Shown in pieces: positions 28,481-37,036 of a stretch of 64,000 nt of DNA. A model generated the notes under the pieces. The model worked only from the letters and a program-made list of their open reading frames with translations. It was not told the DNA's origin and did no database searches. The translations under genes were made by a program, and so were the position numbers. Each line of letters begins with the position of its first letter. Within the stretch, counting starts at the first letter, position 1. The DNA is from Gammaproteobacteria bacterium (GTDB lineage: Bacteria; Pseudomonadota; Gammaproteobacteria; UBA9214). The stretch covers positions 1,026 through 65,025 of the forward strand of contig JAOUBY010000001.1 in assembly GCA_029860045.1 (NCBI GenBank). The letters are read 5' to 3'.

Positions 28481-30889
28481 TCAGGCGGCCTCGTGTATTG
28501 GCAGTTCGAAGGAGAATTCCGCGCCACCGCCGGCCAGCGTCCTGGCAAAGATGTTGCCGGCGTGGGACTCGACTATGGAACGACTGATCGATAGCCCGAT
28601 CCCCATGCCGTCCGGCTTGGTCGAATAAAATGCATCGAATATTTTCGGTAGTGCTTCCTTGGATACGCCTTGTCCGGTATCAGAAGCGATGAGCTGTACG
28701 GTCTCCCCGTTACTGCGCGTGGTAATCTTTAGCTGGCGGCTTCCTGTCTCGGTCATATCCATGGCGTCAATGCTGTTGCGGATGAAGTTCAGTATCACCT
28801 GTTCGAGCTGGATCATGTTGCCCAGTACGGGCGGCAGTTCCTTGTCCAGGTCGAGTTCGATACCGACATCATGCCTGCGCGCTTCCATCATGACCAGCGC
28901 GGTAATGTTGCTGGCCGCCTTGTTCAGGTCCACCAGAGTACGTTCAGCGCTTTCTTTTTGCACAAATTCACGGATATTGCGGATGATATTGGCCGCCAGT
29001 GTGGCGCCTTCAATAGCCCGCTCCATGCCCTCGACGATCTTGTCAGTATCACTCGTGCCATCGCGCAAAAGACGCAGGCAGCCGCTGCTGTAGTTGATAG
29101 CGCCAGTCAGCGGCTGGTTGAGTTCATGGGCGAGGCTGGCCGCCATCTCGCCGATCGTGCTCATGCGCGAGACGCGCGCCAGTTCCGACTGGTGCCGCTG
29201 CTGTGATTCAGAGGCTAGTTGTCGTTCCATTTCGTCACCGATCCACTGGGCCATGACCTTGAGCAACTCGAGGTCCCATTTGCTGAGGTGCTTTTCGCGA
29301 ATCCCTGTACCGGCGAACTCCAGTGTGCAATGGACGCGTCCTTCCACCAGCACTGCGGTGCCGAGGTAGCTCTGCAAGCCCTGTACCTCGCAGTCCGGGC
29401 AGGACACCCTGGCCGCGGAGAGGTCCGGTACATCGAGCGGTTCGCCATGCAATGCGATCAGTTTACTTGCGCCCTTTGCATTCAGGGGGCCCGGGTTTTC
29501 AGGTATCAGGCCTGCCTCGCCGGAGGTCTTGCAGTGGCAAACACCCTGCTCGTTACGCTCGGCACTGGACAGTACCGCAACGGGAAGATCGAAATACGCG
29601 CGACCCGTCTCCAGCAGACGGGACATCCGCTCGTCGTGTGAGAGTTCCGGGGCACTGGTAATGCGCACCAGTTCGCGTAGCGCCACCCGGCTTTTCTCCA
29701 GCCCCTCGTTGGTGGTCTTCAGGTCTTCGGTACGCGTCGCGACCTGTTCTTCCAGCGTGTCGCGGTAGCGAGCCAGTTTCGCCTGTGATTTTTCGCGTTC
29801 CTTGATTTCCCGGCGCAGGTTACGCTCGGTATCCTTGAGCCTGCGGTTGGTGTTGGATATATAGCCGTTCAGCAGCACCAGGAAGCCCAGCAGCAGCCCA
29901 ATCCCGACAAACCACCAGGCGTAGCGCTTGAGCATCCCGAGAAAGGAAGCCTGGCGCAGTACTTCGTAGGGGCCAATCTGCAGTGCCTGCATCAGATCAT
30001 GCACAGGGGAGTAGTCCAGCGGTACCGTCCATCCGGCCATGCGCGCCGCCTGTGTGGCGGGGTGGTTGGCCGGCATCGATAGCAGTGCCTGGGCCACGCG
30101 GGTGGCGAGTTCCCTGGGGGCATTCTTTGTCATTGCGAATGGCCACTCGGGGTATAAGCGAGTACTCAGCGGGAAGGGCGTGTTGTCCAGGCTCTGCGGA
30201 TTGAGGATGCAAAACTCGCCCTCGGCCACCTTGCCGCTTTCAATCATCCGCACCAGTGTTTCGGCCCGCACTGTCGCCGCATCGATCTCGCCCTTGTGTA
30301 CGGCCATGATGATCTTGTCCTGGGGAAAACCGGCAAAGTGCAGTTCGCGGATGTCGCTGAAGGGATCAATGCCATGCTCATTCAGTTCCCGCCAGGCCAT
30401 CTGGAAACCGCCAAAGGCTTTTTGGCTGACGGCCATAAAGGATTTGCCTTTCAGGTCAGCAAGCGTAGTGATGTCGGGTCGGTCGGCGCGCGCGATGATC
30501 ACGGCGCCATAGCGAACGCGGGTTTGCTCGCCCTCGCGGGTCTGCATGGTGGCGATACGTGAAACACCGTGGCTTGTTTCCAGGCTGACATAGTTGCCCG
30601 GATTGGTGAGTGTAAAGTGGATGTATCCTTCCTGAATGGCCCGGGGCATTTCCTCGAGGTTGACGGGCACAATCTCGAAGTGATGGGTGGTTATTCTTTC
30701 AGACAGATAGTCTGCGGTCGGTGACCAGCGCTCCACCGCCTCTTGCTTGCCACGGTGGGCCAGCACACCGATGCGTACGACCGTGACCTGATCAGTGGGC
30801 GAGGCCGGGGTCGCAGGCGTGCTCACCAGCAGCATGGGCAGCAGCAGTGGCACCAGCAAGTGCCAGCGTGGTTTGATTGACCGGAACAT
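28481..30889 (-). CDS. sensor histidine kinase with periplasmic PhnD/SsuA-like binding domain (TtrS-like)
   Basis: Signal peptide, ~300-aa periplasmic PBP-like domain, TM, coiled coil, GAF-like region, HisKA (HELNQPL) and HATPase (GMGIGLSISRSIV). Confidence 0.8.
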   Translation of the reverse strand: MFRSIKPRWHLLVPLLLPMLLVSTPATPASPTDQVTVVRIGVLAHRGKQEAVERWSPTADYLSERITTHHFEIVPVNLEEMPRAIQEGYIHFTLTNPGNYVSLETSHGVSRIATMQTREGEQTRVRYGAVIIARADRPDITTLADLKGKSFMAVSQKAFGGFQMAWRELNEHGIDPFSDIRELHFAGFPQDKIIMAVHKGEIDAATVRAETLVRMIESGKVAEGEFCILNPQSLDNTPFPLSTRLYPEWPFAMTKNAPRELATRVAQALLSMPANHPATQAARMAGWTVPLDYSPVHDLMQALQIGPYEVLRQASFLGMLKRYAWWFVGIGLLLGFLVLLNGYISNTNRRLKDTERNLRREIKEREKSQAKLARYRDTLEEQVATRTEDLKTTNEGLEKSRVALRELVRITSAPELSHDERMSRLLETGRAYFDLPVAVLSSAERNEQGVCHCKTSGEAGLIPENPGPLNAKGASKLIALHGEPLDVPDLSAARVSCPDCEVQGLQSYLGTAVLVEGRVHCTLEFAGTGIREKHLSKWDLELLKVMAQWIGDEMERQLASESQQRHQSELARVSRMSTIGEMAASLAHELNQPLTGAINYSSGCLRLLRDGTSDTDKIVEGMERAIEGATLAANIIRNIREFVQKESAERTLVDLNKAASNITALVMMEARRHDVGIELDLDKELPPVLGNMIQLEQVILNFIRNSIDAMDMTETGSRQLKITTRSNGETVQLIASDTGQGVSKEALPKIFDAFYSTKPDGMGIGLSISRSIVESHAGNIFARTLAGGGAEFSFELPIHEAA

Positions 30890-31336
30890 GGTGCACAGGC
30901 AGGACTGACTTGTCTCTACTCCCCCTTTTTTTGTTTATTTATTTGTTATTGAGACCACCGCCGCACTGGAATACTGCATCTACCGTTTGGCGTTTAGACC
31001 TTTAATATAAGTAATCTCAATGGAGAGTCAAAATATTATTGCTGATGCAGGGTGCCAGAACACATCATTTTGGTCAGCTTGCACGATGCTGAGCGGTGCA
31101 GACGGTGACCGTGAAATATCTGCAGGTATACGCTTCAAATGTCTGATATATATACTATATATAAGTCAGTCATCTATCGGTGGTATAGGTCGTGATGGCT
31201 TGCCTGGGCATCACGTGGCAGGTGGCCGTTAATTGTATTCATTTAACGCGAGGGGTTCATTTGAACCACTGCAGGTTCTGGTTTACCCTTGCGCGTCCCG
31301 CGAAAGAGGGGTTGTCCGGAAGACGGCAAAAAATCC

Positions 31337-31426
31337 GGAGAGGTGTCCGAGTGGTTGAAGGAGCACGCCTGGAAAGTGTGTATACGTGCAAACGTATCGA
31401 GGGTTCGAATCCCTCTCTCTCCGCCA
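31337..31426 (+). tRNA. tRNA-Ser (anticodon GGA)
   Basis: GGAGAGG...anticodon stem CACGC/GTGTG with loop CTGGAAA, long variable arm, GAGGG-TTCGAAT-CCCTC, TCTCTCC-G-CCA. Confidence 0.85.
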
Positions 31427-31796
31427 AGCAGTCTGGTCTCTGTCCCGCGTCTCTGCGGGGCAGGGCCAATCCAACAAGAATTCAGCTGCTTACGCGGTAT
31501 TAGTGGCTACATTAAGACCCTCAAACCGAACTGCTTCGCGTGATATTTCCAAGAAATCCCGAATCGTCTCAAACGCGAATTTTGCGAGTTCGGTTTCGTG
31601 TTTTTTCTTGGCAATTAAAGCATTAGGTAATGTGTATTTGCTTGAATTGAAAAACACGAAAATAGACGATTTGAAATAGGCATTCCGGCAGCTGCGAACT
31701 CGAGGTACGGTTTGGGTGTTGAAGCAAAATGCTGGCCTGACAGAATGGTGTTAGATGTGTTCGATTTACGTATGACCGTTATGGCCATGTCCGGAG
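31408..31796 (+). repeat. direct repeat copy 1: tRNA-Ser(GGA) 3' end plus ~370 bp downstream flank
   Basis: Matches 33934-34170 and 36643-36850; copy 2 lacks the 31586-31708 block (CGGTTT microhomology at the deletion edges). Confidence 0.8.
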
Positions 31797-31892
31797 GCTT
31801 AAATATAAAAAATAATGACTCCTGGTGGAGCCGTTATCGATGCTGGCAGAGGGGATAACTTTTTGTCGTTAATCCAAGTATCGTTTCTCAAA

Positions 31893-32171
31893 TCAGAATT
31901 TATCAATCATGTCACGCAAACGCTTCTGTAACGATTCGGGGGTATGCTTTGTAGCCGCGTTTTTTATGCGGGCCGATAATGCACTTTCAACCTGTGAACG
32001 CGTGAAACAACTATGGCAGTGCTCCAGATGATACTCTAGCTTGCCGATTGAATCGGCATCATCGACCTCGCCATCGAGATAGGCGTAGAGCTTGTCGATC
32101 GCTTCTGTGCAGTTAATATCTTCTATATTTTCACTGTCTTTATCAGTCGTCATTTGATTTTCCTTCCGCAC
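31893..32171 (-). CDS. zinc-binding (ZAS, zf-HC2) anti-sigma factor
   Basis: 92 aa; HLEHCHSC = HxxxCxxC; overlaps upstream ECF sigma gene by 29 nt. Confidence 0.75.
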   Translation of the reverse strand: MRKENQMTTDKDSENIEDINCTEAIDKLYAYLDGEVDDADSIGKLEYHLEHCHSCFTRSQVESALSARIKNAATKHTPESLQKRLRDMIDKF

Positions 32172-32766
32172 ATTTACACTCGATCAAACCTTCGTCACTG
32201 GCCTGTTGCCAGAGCGCTTTTTGCAACAGCGTACGTCCGCGCTTCATGCGGGAATGAACTGTGCCGGGCGGCACACCAAGCACCACTGCCGTTTCATCGT
32301 AAGATAAACCCTCGACGTTAACCAGCAATATGGTCGTCCTGAATGCATCAGGCAGGCTGTCGATGGCCATCATGATGTCCTCGCCGAGCAGGCTGTTTAC
32401 AAACGCCTTTTCCGGATTGGCCCACCAGTACATAAACTCGTTTGACTGCTGGATTACCAGGTCGCCGATTTCATCCTTGCCTTCCGCAACTGACAACTCA
32501 TCGTAGCTGGACTCACAGGGGCGCGCCGACTTTTTCCGATAGTCACTGATAAAGCAGTTGTGCAGGATACGAAACAGCCAAGGCCGAAACCGGCTTCGAT
32601 CCTCCAGCTTCCCAACCGCCGCCCATGCCTTTGCCACGGACTCAGCTACAAGGTCTTCAGCTTCTGCATTGTTGCGCGTCAGGCGAAAAGCTACGCTGAA
32701 CAATGAACCCATGTTTTCCTCAATACCCTGGCTGAACCAGGCTTTGAGAATTTCCCTATCCGACAT
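32143..32766 (-). CDS. ECF (sigma-70 family, group IV) RNA polymerase sigma factor
   Basis: 207 aa; region 2 (FRPWLFRILHNCFISDYRK) and region 4 (LSYDETAVVLGVPPGTVHSRMKRGR) signatures. Confidence 0.8.
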   Translation of the reverse strand: MSDREILKAWFSQGIEENMGSLFSVAFRLTRNNAEAEDLVAESVAKAWAAVGKLEDRSRFRPWLFRILHNCFISDYRKKSARPCESSYDELSVAEGKDEIGDLVIQQSNEFMYWWANPEKAFVNSLLGEDIMMAIDSLPDAFRTTILLVNVEGLSYDETAVVLGVPPGTVHSRMKRGRTLLQKALWQQASDEGLIECKCAEGKSNDD

Positions 32767-32945
32767 TAATCCTTATTCCTCGTCATTTTCGGCACTCCGG
32801 CCCTGTTTCTGTGCCTCATTATATTCCCTCCGGTCCTGTGTCTCCTTCTTGTGCTTCGGTCGAGCGCATGGATCATGAGGCATACCAACTTATGTGACAG
32901 GCCCCGAAACTGGTAACAATTTCAGGGCCTGCATGAATATGTTCA

Positions 32946-33314
32946 TCAGAAACTCAACGTGGTCGCACCCTGTCTGACCTTCTCCAGCATCGCCACAGAA
33001 CCAGCAAACTGCACACCGTCAATAAAGTCTTCCTGGTCGTAACCGCGAACTTTCGCACAGGGCGGACAGCACATGATGGTACCGCCATTGTTAATAATGC
33101 CATCAATCATTTCCCTGGCCGGCGGGTCTAGTGGGTTCAATCGGGCTGCATCGGCGGCCCCTTTACGAACCCAGTCCACACCAGAGCTGACCAGGAACAT
33201 CGTTACTTCAAAGTCTGAAGCAATTCCGCCATTCGCTACGCTCCAGGCGACTGATGACCTTTCGTTATCGAGACCATTTGTTACCACAACAACCAGTTTT
33301 TTCTTGTCCGACAT
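32946..33314 (-). CDS. DsrE/DsrF/YchN-like family protein
   Basis: 122 aa; strand order and C-terminus resemble YchN (KLVVVVTNG..., ...GVQFAGSVAMLEKVRQGATTLSF); Cys pair CCPPC. Confidence 0.55.
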   Translation of the reverse strand: MSDKKKLVVVVTNGLDNERSSVAWSVANGGIASDFEVTMFLVSSGVDWVRKGAADAARLNPLDPPAREMIDGIINNGGTIMCCPPCAKVRGYDQEDFIDGVQFAGSVAMLEKVRQGATTLSF

Positions 33315-33636
33315 AACTATCTCCTTTGCGTGTATATTCTTAACAAGCTGATTTCCTCAGCAGTTGGCACGAATAATTGCGTGCTTACCAGTTAAGACGC
33401 AAAAGAAAGCTGTTCAGGTCCCGGAATCCAGAGATTTTCTGAAATAATTAAATATCGCTCTAGCAAGGGCGTATCACCAAACGCTAAATAACCGTTTCGG
33501 GTCGAACACCGTCGTTTAGCAATCATTCATATAAGGCGATGGCGTGAGTCGTCTAGTAGGGCTTGTTGCTCTAGATCTGATACTGTTAATCAGCATAGAT
33601 AACGACAAATACAGCCTGGGGAAACCGAACTGGCAA

Positions 33637-33720
33637 GTATTTCGACTCCCAGTGAAACGGCCAGAAATATGGTCCTTGTCTCTTCCAGCGAATTCGGGCT
33701 TTTTCGAGGGTATTACTCGC
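33637..33720 (+). repeat. degenerate partial copy of the tRNA-Ser(GGA) flank (AAACCGAACTG...GCGAATT)
   Basis: Shares AAACCGAACTG, ATTTC, CAGAAAT, GTCTC, GCGAATT blocks in the same order as 31513-31580. Confidence 0.35.
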
Positions 33721-33754
33721 CAAGTTTCAGGAGGTTGCAATTCGTAGCAGTACC

Positions 33755-33817
33755 GAGGTTTCGAATCCATATCTCTCCGCCAATAATCAAAAAGGCTCCA
33801 AATGGAGCCTTTTTGAT
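33755..33817 (+). repeat. degenerate tRNA-Ser 3'-end remnant (T-loop and acceptor: GGTTTCGAATCCATATCTCTCCGCCA) followed by terminator-like hairpin
   Basis: 21/24 identity to the tRNA-Ser(GGA) 3' end; followed by AAAAAGGCTCCaaatGGAGCCTTTTT, like the terminator after tRNA-Ser(CGA). Confidence 0.5.
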
Positions 33818-33933
33818 TATCAGTAAAGGGGTTCGAACCTTCAATGATCAATTGGCGGTTCGACAAAATCGCCGGGAGCGATTCTGAGTGAGCGATGCGA
33901 ACCTGAAGGGCAGGGCACAGGGAAGTGCCCTGC

Positions 33934-34170
33934 AATCCCTCTCTCTCCGCCAAGCAGTCTGGTCTCTGTCCCGCCTCTCTGCGGGGCAGGGCCAATCCAA
34001 TAAGAATTCAGCTGCAAGACCCTCAAACCGAACTGCTTCACGTGACATTTCCAAGAAATCCCGAATCGTCTCAAACGCGAATCTTGCGAATTCGGTTTGG
34101 GTGCTTTAGAAAATGTTGCCCTGACAGAATAGTGTCAGATGTGATTGACTCGCGAATGACCGTTTACGGT
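33934..34170 (+). repeat. direct repeat copy 2: last 19 nt of tRNA-Ser(GGA) plus flank
   Basis: AATCCCTCTCTCTCCGCCAAGCAGTCTGGTCTCTGTCCCGC... collinear with copy 1, with internal deletion. Confidence 0.8.
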
Positions 34171-34284
34171 GGCGGTCTCAATGGGTCGACGCAACACCCG
34201 CACGAGACCGCGCTCCCAGGTCTCGGCCATCAAAGTCAATTTAGAGCTATCCAGAGCACTGGCACGATAAGGGCTTGCCTGTGA

Positions 34285-34502
34285 TCGAGCGAATACCTCG
34301 AACAACAGTTAAGCGCCGAAAAACGCTGTCTGAATAGGCGTTCGCCGCTGGGCATTACCGATCTGACCACAGAAGATGGCCGCGTCACCATCATGATGCC
34401 GCATCCGGAGCGCGTGTCCGTACGTACACCAACTCTTGGCATCCGGCAGAGTGGGGCCAGGATGGCCCGTGGCTGCGCATGTTCCGCAATGCGCGTGCGT
34501 AG
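34285..34502 (+). pseudogene. purL: 3'-terminal fragment of purL (phosphoribosylformylglycinamidine synthase), frameshifted
   Basis: Translation ...[28 protein letters not shown] then -1 shift ...[23 protein letters not shown] matches the last ~55 residues of single-chain PurL; in-frame stop immediately upstream. Confidence 0.65.
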
Positions 34503-34538
34503 GTGAATTAGAGGGAAGCTGGCTGTTTTTCCCTGGTT

Positions 34539-35117
34539 TTAAAGAACGCAGCTTGGGGAAGTCAGCGAAGAGGCCACCGTGGATCCGGACGGCATAACTT
34601 TTATTTCCCGCCCGTAACTGGTACCGCGATCATCGCAGATGGACATGACAGCAGTACCTCCATTCCCGTCAGCGTTTCCTGAGTAGCCAAATCTGATATT
34701 GCTGTCCCACGCGGTGTTTGTATGTATTACCACATCCTGCGCGGCTGCCTGGCTGCGGCGAAGTAAAATATCAGTTCCTGCATCATAGATAGTGTTCGTT
34801 TTTTTACCGTCATCTGCAAAGATAAGGTACCCACCAGTCCATACCTGCTGGGTTCCGCCGCAGCTTGGGCTGGTTGCGTCGGGGTTGGCGCTCCGGCACA
34901 TGATTACAGTCGTGCTGCGCTTGACAGCCTCGTTACGGGCAAAATGGATGTCAGTGATAATACTGTTCGTCTGGGTTGCGAGCCGGCTGCTTTTTATCAT
35001 GGCGCTGAATGATGGGACTGCAGCAGACAGAAGAATTGCAACAACCACCAGTGTGATCATCATCTCAACGAGGGTGAAGCCGCCGCTGTATTTGATAGCC
35101 CTTGGTCCGGTTTTCAT
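34539..35117 (-). CDS. type IV pilus minor pseudopilin, GspH/FimT family (orphan)
   Basis: Prepilin N-terminus KYSGGFTLVEMMITLVVVAILL (G-F-T-L-V-E cleavage/methylation motif); no neighbouring pilus genes. Confidence 0.7.
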   Translation of the reverse strand: MKTGPRAIKYSGGFTLVEMMITLVVVAILLSAAVPSFSAMIKSSRLATQTNSIITDIHFARNEAVKRSTTVIMCRSANPDATSPSCGGTQQVWTGGYLIFADDGKKTNTIYDAGTDILLRRSQAAAQDVVIHTNTAWDSNIRFGYSGNADGNGGTAVMSICDDRGTSYGREIKVMPSGSTVASSLTSPSCVL

Positions 35118-35404
35118 AGTTCGTCCACCGTATTGCTAGTGTATGTTTACTATTATTTTGCAGGTACACGTATATCCTATATATAAAAACACCATCAATA
35201 TATTGGACTAAAGTGCAGGCAGTAGAAGGATTCATCCTCTGCCGCTTCATTCCTCGATTAAGAAATGCATTTGCGACATCTGGTGCTCAATAACTCATGG
35301 AATCTTTAACAGAAGAATGGAAAAGAGTTGGGCTATAATTGTGTGTATTCAAACATCACTCAATGAGTAGAAATACGGTGAGGGCCTCCCCAAAACTGGA
35401 GCAC

Positions 35405-36172
35405 TCATAAGTCGAGATTTCCGGCTTCAAGGTGCCGATCCCTGAATTCGATCGGCGTTAAATCTTTCAGCGATGAGTGTGGGCGAAAGGTATTGTATTC
35501 CTCCCGCCACGACTCGATCTTCTCACGCGCATCATCCAGCGACAAGAACCAGTGACTGTTCAGACATTCATCCCGAAAGCTGCCGTTAAATGATTCGATA
35601 AACGGGTTATCCGTTGGTTTCCCCGGCCTGGAGAAGTCCAATGTCACACCGTTCTCGTAGGCCCACTTATCCAGAACCTTCGAAATAAACTCGCTGCCGT
35701 TGTCCACCTGAATGCGATCAGGGCATCGGTCATGGCATCGCTGCATGTGTGCCATGATACCCACAACATGCTCTCCTCGGATGCTGCGATCAACATGGAT
35801 AAGCATGCATTCTCGACTAAAATTATCGACCACAGTTAACGCCCGAATGCGCGAGCCGTCAAACAGATTGTCGGCTACAAAATCCATGCTCCAGCACTGA
35901 TCGATTGTAGACAGCTCGGGGCGCTCCATCCGGTGTGCTGCCGCAACATGGCGCCTTGGCCGCTTGCTCCTTAGATTTAACCCTTCCTCTTTGTATATGC
36001 GGTGAACTTTCTTATGGTTGACCTGCCAGCCTTCTCGCCGAAGCAACACGTGGATGCGCTGATAACCATAACGCATCCGCGTGGCTGCAATCTCCTTGAT
36101 CCGTTGACGCAGTACCGTATCGGGGCTGCGCCGTGACTTGTAGTGATAGACTGACTCCGATATCGCTACCAC
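35405..36172 (-). CDS. IS3-family transposase OrfB (DDE integrase core), expressed by -1 frameshift from OrfA
   Basis: rve-domain pattern (DNGSEF..., HSSLKDLTPIEF). Confidence 0.85.
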   Translation of the reverse strand: MVAISESVYHYKSRRSPDTVLRQRIKEIAATRMRYGYQRIHVLLRREGWQVNHKKVHRIYKEEGLNLRSKRPRRHVAAAHRMERPELSTIDQCWSMDFVADNLFDGSRIRALTVVDNFSRECMLIHVDRSIRGEHVVGIMAHMQRCHDRCPDRIQVDNGSEFISKVLDKWAYENGVTLDFSRPGKPTDNPFIESFNGSFRDECLNSHWFLSLDDAREKIESWREEYNTFRPHSSLKDLTPIEFRDRHLEAGNLDL

Positions 36173-36246
36173 CTTGCAGGCCCGACGTATTGATGCTCGA
36201 TACGCATCGCGCAGGAAATCAACGAGCTCCCGACGCTTGGCTGGCT

Positions 36247-36513
36247 TCAGAGCTTTTTTTGCAGCACATCCTGAAGCATTTGTTTATCCAGGCTTAAATC
36301 CGCCACCATACGCTTCAATCGGTAGTTCTCGTCTTCCAACTGTTTTAGGCGCCTGACCTCTGAGACCCCAAGCCCACCGTACTTCTTCTTCCAGTTGTAA
36401 AACGTGGCCTCTGATATCCCCATCTTGCGACAGACCTCGTTAACCCGTGCACCTGTCTCAGCTTGGCGCAATGCAAAAGCGATCTGTTGATCTGTGAACT
36501 TTGTTCTCTTCAT
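36247..36513 (-). CDS. IS3-family transposase OrfA (HTH)
   Basis: MKRTKFTDQQIAFALRQAETGARVNEVCRKMGISEATFYNWKKKYGG... leucine-zipper tail; slippery AAAAAAG near its 3' end. Confidence 0.85.
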   Translation of the reverse strand: MKRTKFTDQQIAFALRQAETGARVNEVCRKMGISEATFYNWKKKYGGLGVSEVRRLKQLEDENYRLKRMVADLSLDKQMLQDVLQKKL

Positions 36514-36642
36514 GGCAAATGACTCCTCCTGCTCGTCAATTTTGCCAGAATCCTCTAGTTTTGGATGCTCCAGTTTTCAGGGGGGAGGCCCTCAAGCGCA
36601 GGGAAACTCTAAAAGTATGTGGCACTAAAGTGGGGAGGTTTA

Positions 36643-36850
36643 CCAAGCAGTCTGGTCTCTGTCCCGAGTCTCTGCGGGACAGAGCCAATCCAACAGGAAT
36701 TCAGCAGCTTAGGCTTAAGAAGAGGGTAGATACAGGCCCTGAAACCGAACTGCTTCGCGCGGAATTTCCGCAAATTCCCGAATCGTCTCAAATGCCGAAT
36801 TTGCCAGTTCGGTTTTGTGTTTCTTTTTGGCGATTAATGCCTTAGTTCCT
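36643..36850 (+). repeat. direct repeat copy 3 of the tRNA-Ser(GGA) downstream flank (retains only CCA of the tRNA)
   Basis: CCAAGCAGTCTGGTCTCTGTCCCGAGTCTCTGCGGGAC... collinear with copy 1 to ~31629; compensatory change keeps the GTCCCG/CGGGAC hairpin. Confidence 0.75.
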
Positions 36851-36941
36851 GGAATCCAGCTTAGTGTAGGAGATTCAAATTAGGCCCCGCATCCTTTGGG
36901 GATGGTGAACATGGCGTGTCCTGCCTCGGACAGCATCATGA

Positions 36942-36969
36942 GGAACCTGGACTCTATTGGCTGGTCTAT
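36942..36969 (+). promoter_or_regulatory. candidate ECF-sigma-type promoter GGAACCT-N15-GTCTAT upstream of bufA
   Basis: GGAAC (36942-46), 17-nt spacer, GTC (36964-66); about 68 nt upstream of the bufA ATG. Confidence 0.45.
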
Positions 36970-37036
36970 ATCCGTGCTGACAGTGGCTCGGGCGGTTTTG
37001 CCCGGCACGCTGTTCCTAGTTAGGAGGGAATCTCTT

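Larger units (their letters stand above)
35379..36594 (-). mobile_element. IS3-family insertion sequence, IS407-group-like, apparently intact (~1.2 kb)
   Basis: Imperfect terminal IRs TGAGGGCCTCCCC..AAAACTGGAGCA at both ends; orfA and orfB with A AAA AAG slippery site; no clear target duplication. Confidence 0.8.

Noticed and set aside
31257-31477. ORFs [24 protein letters not shown]... (also 33516-33995) antisense to the tRNA-Ser genes and remnants
   Set aside because: They arise from the reverse complement of tRNA and repeat sequence; the recurring peptide only reflects the repeated DNA
22303-33783. Idea that the degenerate tRNA 3'-end copy at 33755-33783 is the attR of an 11.5-kb island integrated into tRNA-Ser(CGA)
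   Set aside because: The remnant matches tRNA-Ser(GGA) at least as well (21/24) as tRNA-Ser(CGA) (20/24). The intact tRNA-Ser(GGA) gene lies inside the putative island, and no integrase is present. It is kept only as a local remnant.
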